From NCBI RefSeq assembly GCF_041248615.1, contig NZ_CP158426.1: a stretch of DNA of 64,000 nucleotides; one strand, written 5' to 3'. The stretch comes from Escherichia coli. GTDB taxonomy: Bacteria; Pseudomonadota; Gammaproteobacteria; Enterobacterales; Enterobacteriaceae. Shown piece by piece: positions 59,191 through 64,000 of this stretch (positions within the stretch are counted from its first letter, which is position 1; each line of letters begins with the position of its first letter). Below the pieces are notes generated by a model. That model was not told where the DNA came from, ran no database searches, and worked only from the letters and a program-made list of their open reading frames with translations. Position numbers and translations under genes: made by a program.

Positions 59191-60744
59191 TTACGCCATA
59201 AACCAGTAATAAAAGAGACCGACTTTCAGGCCAAGGATCACAATGTAGGCACAGCAGTATTTCATGGTGCCAGACATGATCTGATTGGCCTGACCGTCCA
59301 TTTTGGTGGCAGAAACCGCGATGGCGATGCTTTGCGGCGAAATCATTTTGCCCCCCGTAGCGCCAGAGGTATTGGCCGCCGCCAGCCAGTTGGGATCGAT
59401 ATGTAACTTGCTGGCAGCTATGGTTTGCAGCTTGCCAAACAGAATGTTCGAGTTGGTATCGCTGCCGGTAACGAACGTGCCCAGCGCGCCAATCACCGGG
59501 GCGAGGAAGACGTACGAGCTGCCGGTCAGATCGACAATCGACTGCGCCAGTGTGGAGATAATCCCGCTGAGATCCATCACCGTGGCCAGCGCGACGATCG
59601 CCATAATTGCCACGATAGAGTTTTTAAGCTGGAAAATCGTTTTGATAAATACTTCCAGCATCCCGCGTGCGGACGCTCCCTGAATAAAACCGCCGATAAT
59701 GGTCGCAAAGATAATCAGCATCCCTGGTGTGGTCACCCATTCAACTTTCAGTGCCATCGTTTTGCCGTCAGCCAACGTGAAATGCAGCACCGAAGCCAGT
59801 TGGGATGCCGCGCCTTTTATTGTCGGAAACAGCGGCGAACACAGCAGGATAAACACAAAAATAAACAGATAGATAGAGCCCACGCGGAACAACACTTTTG
59901 CCGAGCGCGGCGTGGTTTCGCGGGTATGGCTGACCTCAATGCGCCACTCTGGATCGGTTTTCCCTTTGCGCAGGCGACTGACCATCGCCACGGCAAACAG
60001 GCTGACCAGGCTACCGGCAAAAGCGGGTAATTCCGCGCCAAGATGGATGGCGACAAAATATTGCGGAATCAGCGTGGAAATGCCGCAAATCAACGTGATC
60101 AGAAATACGCCGCGAATGGCTTTCAGGCCACCGCCAATAATGCAGACAATCACAAACGGCAGCAGGATATTAAACAGCGCGAGCTGCAAAATAATGGTTC
60201 CGCCTAAGGTATAAACCGGCAGATTAACCTGCTCTGCCAGAATAGAAACCGGGATCCCAACCGCGCCAAATGCGGTCGGAACGGTATTTGCTACGAGGGA
60301 AGCAATCGCCGCCTTCAACGGGTTGAATCCCAGCGCAATGAGAATACCGATCGGAATAGCGACCGCCGTGCCATAGCCCGCAGCGGCTTCAAGAAATCCA
60401 CCAAAACACCATGAAATCAGCAGCACCTGAATACGCTTATCTTCGCTAATGCTGGCGAGAATATCGCGCAGAATATCCAGCGCTTTGGTCGCCTGCATGA
60501 CGTTATAACTGAAGATAGCGCCGAGGATAACAATTACGATCGGCCATAGTCCCTTCAGTGCACCATAGCCTATCGCGGCTTTCAAATTTTGTACGGGCAT
60601 TTCCCAGAATATTGCCGATAGTGCAGCGGTGAATACCAAAGAGATCAGTACGGAATAATGGATGGGCATTTTTAATTTCAGTATTAAAAATACCATCAGC
60701 AGCAAAGGAGAGAGTGCCAGAGCAAACATTAAATATTCGTGCAT
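59191..60744 (-). CDS. lactate permease (LctP family)
   Basis: 517 aa, highly hydrophobic multi-span protein with LctP-type segments; divergent from the Dld-like gene across a 430-bp AT-rich promoter region. Confidence 0.8.
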   Translation of the reverse strand: MHEYLMFALALSPLLLMVFLILKLKMPIHYSVLISLVFTAALSAIFWEMPVQNLKAAIGYGALKGLWPIVIVILGAIFSYNVMQATKALDILRDILASISEDKRIQVLLISWCFGGFLEAAAGYGTAVAIPIGILIALGFNPLKAAIASLVANTVPTAFGAVGIPVSILAEQVNLPVYTLGGTIILQLALFNILLPFVIVCIIGGGLKAIRGVFLITLICGISTLIPQYFVAIHLGAELPAFAGSLVSLFAVAMVSRLRKGKTDPEWRIEVSHTRETTPRSAKVLFRVGSIYLFIFVFILLCSPLFPTIKGAASQLASVLHFTLADGKTMALKVEWVTTPGMLIIFATIIGGFIQGASARGMLEVFIKTIFQLKNSIVAIMAIVALATVMDLSGIISTLAQSIVDLTGSSYVFLAPVIGALGTFVTGSDTNSNILFGKLQTIAASKLHIDPNWLAAANTSGATGGKMISPQSIAIAVSATKMDGQANQIMSGTMKYCCAYIVILGLKVGLFYYWFMA

Positions 60745-61174
60745 TACAATTCCCGATTTACTTTTTTAGACTGAGCTATATTTATGGGGAAGGAAGCTAC
60801 CTGAATAATAAAATAAAAAATGCTAACTGAATCGCTTCAGTGAAATAAAGTTATAAAGGTTAATAATTGTATAAATAATGTTATTTTTTTATTAAATATG
60901 AATAACCACTAAATATTACAACACCCATTAGAGTTAATCATTAATAGGTATGGGATGATCTTTGCAATAAATAAGTGTTTTGGCATCCCCTCAAAGGGCG
61001 AGGTATGAATTATATGGCGGTGGTAATTTCATTAAAAAATGTGAGCGGTACCGAAAGAAATAAAATGGGGTATTGCATGTGGATATTGATTGAGGGAATA
61101 TTCTGCTTTGTCATACAAATGAACTTATAGCCATTTTCACTGGCCCTGATATAAGGAGCGGAGAGCCGCCCTCC

Positions 61175-62872
61175 ATGAAACATACTGATAATAAGACCTT
61201 TTTGACGACTCTTACCCAATTGGTTGGCCCTGCTCATATCCTCACCGAACCGTCAAAAACTGCGTGTTACCGTAAGGGATTCCGCTCGGGTCAGGGTGAT
61301 GCTCTGGCGGTGGTTATCCCCGGCTCTTTGCTTGAACTCTGGAAAGTCCTCAGCGCCTGCGTTGAGGCTGATAAAATAATCCTGATGCAGGCGTCGAACA
61401 CAGGCCTGACCGAGGGTTCGACGCCAAATGGTAATGACTACGACCGCGAGATCGTCATTATCAGCACGCTGCGGCTGGACAGTCTGCATGTGCTGGATGA
61501 GGGCAAGCAGGTGCTGGCTTATCCGGGCACCACGCTGTACTCGCTGGAAAGGGCGCTGAAGCCGTTTGGCCGTGAGCCGCATTCGGTGATCGGCTCTTCG
61601 TGCATCGGCGCGTCGGTTATCGGCGGTATCTGTAATAACTCGGGCGGTTCTCTGGTCCAGCGAGGCCCGGCTTACACCGAGATGTCGCTGTTTGCCCGCA
61701 TTGATGAACAGGGACGCTTGCAGCTGGTCAATCACCTTGGCATTGAGCTAGGTCAGACGCCAGAGCAAATCCTTGCCCGGCTGGATAACAATGTGATTGA
61801 AGCCGCGCTCGTCAACCATGACGGACGTCACGCGCACGATCACGACTATGTTAGCCGCGTGCGGGACATCAATGCCGACACGCCAGCACGTTACAACGCT
61901 GACCCGGATCGCCTGTTTGAATCCTCTGGCTGCGCGGGCAAGTTAGCGGTGTTTGCCGTACGTCTGGATACCTTTGAAGCCGAGAAGAACCAGCAGGTCT
62001 TTTATATCGGTACCAATCAGACTGATGTCCTGACTGAGATTCGCCGCCACATCCTGGCGAATTTTACAAACCTGCCGGTTGCTGGGGAGTATATGCACCG
62101 CGATATCTATGATATTGCAGAGAAATACAGCAAAGATACCTTCCTGATGATCGACAAACTTGGCACGGACAAAATGCCGTTCTTCTTCAACCTGAAGGGG
62201 CGTACCGAGGCCATACTTGAGAAGGTGAAGATCTTTCGCCCGCACTTTACTGACCGCGCGATGCAGGCTTTTAGCCATCTGTTCCCGAGCCATCTCCCGG
62301 CGCGGATGAAGACCTGGCGCGATAACTATGAACACCATCTGATGTTGAAAATGTCCGGCGAGGGTGTGGCCGAAGCCCAGGCATGGTTAACGGACTATTT
62401 TAAATCGGCCGAGGGCGCGTTCTTTACCTGTACCGCGGAAGAGGGCAGTAAGGCGTTTCTGCATCGTTTTGCCGCCGCGGGTGCTGCCATTCGTTATCAG
62501 GCCGTTCATTCTGACGAGGTTGAGGATATTCTCGCGCTGGATATTGCATTACGCCGCAATGATACCGAATGGTATGAGTATTTACCTGCGGAAATTGACA
62601 GTCAGTTGGTGCATAAACTCTATTACGGCCATTTTATGTGCCATGTATTCCATCAGGATTATATCGTTAAAAAAGGCGTAGATGCCCACGCGTTAAAAGA
62701 ACAGATGCTGGAATTACTGCGCCAACGCGGAGCGCAATATCCGGCGGAACACAATGTCGGCCATCTGTATAAAGCGCCGGAAAATTTGGCACGTTTTTAT
62801 CAGGAAAATGATCCGACCAACACTATGAATCCAGGTATTGGTAAAACCAGCAAACATAAAAACTGGGCATGA
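61175..62872 (+). CDS. dld: FAD-dependent D-lactate dehydrogenase (Dld family)
   Basis: 565 aa; colinear with E. coli Dld (…YRKGFRSGQGDALAVV…PGTTLYSLE…VIGSSCIGASVIGGICNNSGGSLVQRGPAYTEMSLFARI…) but in a non-K-12 context. Confidence 0.85.
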   Translation: MKHTDNKTFLTTLTQLVGPAHILTEPSKTACYRKGFRSGQGDALAVVIPGSLLELWKVLSACVEADKIILMQASNTGLTEGSTPNGNDYDREIVIISTLRLDSLHVLDEGKQVLAYPGTTLYSLERALKPFGREPHSVIGSSCIGASVIGGICNNSGGSLVQRGPAYTEMSLFARIDEQGRLQLVNHLGIELGQTPEQILARLDNNVIEAALVNHDGRHAHDHDYVSRVRDINADTPARYNADPDRLFESSGCAGKLAVFAVRLDTFEAEKNQQVFYIGTNQTDVLTEIRRHILANFTNLPVAGEYMHRDIYDIAEKYSKDTFLMIDKLGTDKMPFFFNLKGRTEAILEKVKIFRPHFTDRAMQAFSHLFPSHLPARMKTWRDNYEHHLMLKMSGEGVAEAQAWLTDYFKSAEGAFFTCTAEEGSKAFLHRFAAAGAAIRYQAVHSDEVEDILALDIALRRNDTEWYEYLPAEIDSQLVHKLYYGHFMCHVFHQDYIVKKGVDAHALKEQMLELLRQRGAQYPAEHNVGHLYKAPENLARFYQENDPTNTMNPGIGKTSKHKNWA

Positions 62873-62946
62873 AATACGAATGAACATTTGTTTGATATCG
62901 CGATATCAAGCGCAATAAACAGAAATGAAGCAATGGAGTAGTTATT

Positions 62947-63666
62947 GTGAATGTAAATTTCTTTGTCACCTGTATTGGTGACGCACTGAAATCACGGATG
63001 GCACGAGACTCCGTATTGCTGCTGGAAAAACTGGGTTGTCGCGTTAATTTCCCCGAGAAGCAAGGGTGTTGCGGTCAGCCAGCCATCAACAGCGGTTACA
63101 TCAAAGAGGCGATCCCCGGGATGAAAAACCTGATCGCCGCGCTGGAAGACAACGACGATCCGATTATCTCCCCGGCGGGCTCCTGCACCTACGCGGTTAA
63201 AAGCTACCCGACGTATCTGGCCGATGAACCGGAATGGGCGCTGCGTGCTGAGAAAGTTTCCGCGCGTATGCAGGATCTCACCTCCTTTATCGTCAACAAA
63301 CTGGGTGTGGTGGACGTTGGTGCCAGCCTGCAGGGCCGCGCTGTGTATCATCCTTCCTGTAGCCTGACCCGCAAACTGGGAGTGAAGGAAGAGCCGCTTA
63401 CGCTGCTGAAAAACGTGCGCGGACTGGAGCTGTTGACGTTTGCCGATCAGGATACCTGTTGCGGCTTTGGCGGGACGTTCTCGGTCAAGATGGCCGAGAT
63501 ATCCGGTGAGATGGTGAAAGAGAAAGTATTACATCTGATGGACGCAAAGCCGGAATTTTTGATTGGCGCAGACGTTAGCTGCCTGCTGAACATTGGCGGT
63601 CGACTGCAACGGGAAGGCCAGCCGGTCAAAGTGATGCATATTGCTGAAGTGCTGATGAGCCGCTGA
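62947..63666 (+). CDS. lactate utilisation protein A (LutA/YkgE-like Fe-S oxidoreductase, CCG domains)
   Basis: 239 aa; two cysteine-rich CCG motifs (GCCGQPA…, TCCGFGG…). Confidence 0.85.
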   Translation: MNVNFFVTCIGDALKSRMARDSVLLLEKLGCRVNFPEKQGCCGQPAINSGYIKEAIPGMKNLIAALEDNDDPIISPAGSCTYAVKSYPTYLADEPEWALRAEKVSARMQDLTSFIVNKLGVVDVGASLQGRAVYHPSCSLTRKLGVKEEPLTLLKNVRGLELLTFADQDTCCGFGGTFSVKMAEISGEMVKEKVLHLMDAKPEFLIGADVSCLLNIGGRLQREGQPVKVMHIAEVLMSR

Positions 63667-63676
63667 GGGGAAAGAG

Positions 63677-64000
63677 ATGTCGATAAAAACCAGCGATGTA
63701 GAATTTAAACTGCGTATTCGTCAGCAGATAGAAGATCCGATTATGCGCAAAGCCGTGGCTAATGCGCAGGAGCGTATCGGCGCGAATCGGCAAAAAATGG
63801 TCGATGAGTTAGGCCACTGGGAAGAATGGCGCGATCGTGCCAGCCAGATCCGCGATCACGTTCTGAGCAACCTCGACGCTTACCTGTACCAACTCTCCGA
63901 GAAAGTGACGGAAAACGGCGGACACGTCTATTTCGCCAAAACCAAAGAAGATGCCACTCGCTACATTTTGCAGGTCGCGCAGAGTAAAAATGCGCAGAAG
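63677..64000 (+). CDS. partial CDS (3' end outside window): lactate utilisation protein B (LutB/YkgF-like)
   Basis: Starts 11 bp after the LutA-like stop with AGGGGAAAGAG ribosome-binding site; N-terminus MSIKTSDVEFKLRIRQQIEDPIMRKAVANAQERIG typical of YkgF/LutB. Confidence 0.8.
   Translation, partial: MSIKTSDVEFKLRIRQQIEDPIMRKAVANAQERIGANRQKMVDELGHWEEWRDRASQIRDHVLSNLDAYLYQLSEKVTENGGHVYFAKTKEDATRYILQVAQSKNAQK

Noticed and set aside
59425-60030. 201-codon plus-strand ORF inside the lactate permease gene
   Set aside because: Antisense shadow ORF with Arg/His/Gln-rich translation.

Overview
The window reads as Escherichia coli-type chromosome made of three blocks. (1) Bases 1-4837: an accessory class 5 (CFA/I-CS1-like) chaperone-usher fimbrial operon that converges on exuT. 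(2) Bases 4838-34706: a conserved core block syntenic with K-12 b3093 to b3070 in inverted order (exuT, uxaCA, ygjV, sstT, alx, ygjRQP, rlmG, fadH, ygjKJI, ebgCAR, ygjH, patA, aer, yqjI, yqjH), with REP elements, a Fur box and a sigma-28 promoter. (3) Bases 34707-64000: a genomic island of at least 29 kb that begins at a 47-nt 3' fragment of a CAU-anticodon tRNA (ileX-like) and a P4-type integrase. The island carries an AT-rich core of uncharacterised genes (including a 534-aa protein with no recognisable domain), AlpA, a resolvase-like HTH protein and tandem YagK/YfjJ-like genes, an IS66-family remnant cut by an internally deleted IS2, and a raffinose/sucrose module (rafRABD-like genes, a crr-like EIIA, fructokinase, ScrY/RafY-type porin). 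It also carries a nested mobile-element scar (IS256-family transposase truncated by an IS3-family element that hosts a group II intron with an intact RT/maturase) and a lactate module (permease, Dld-like dehydrogenase, lutAB/ykgEF-like genes). No rRNA, intact tRNA or CRISPR array was seen. All calls rest on reading the sequence and the ORF track plus recalled family knowledge; no database search was run, and boundaries not taken from the ORF track are approximate.
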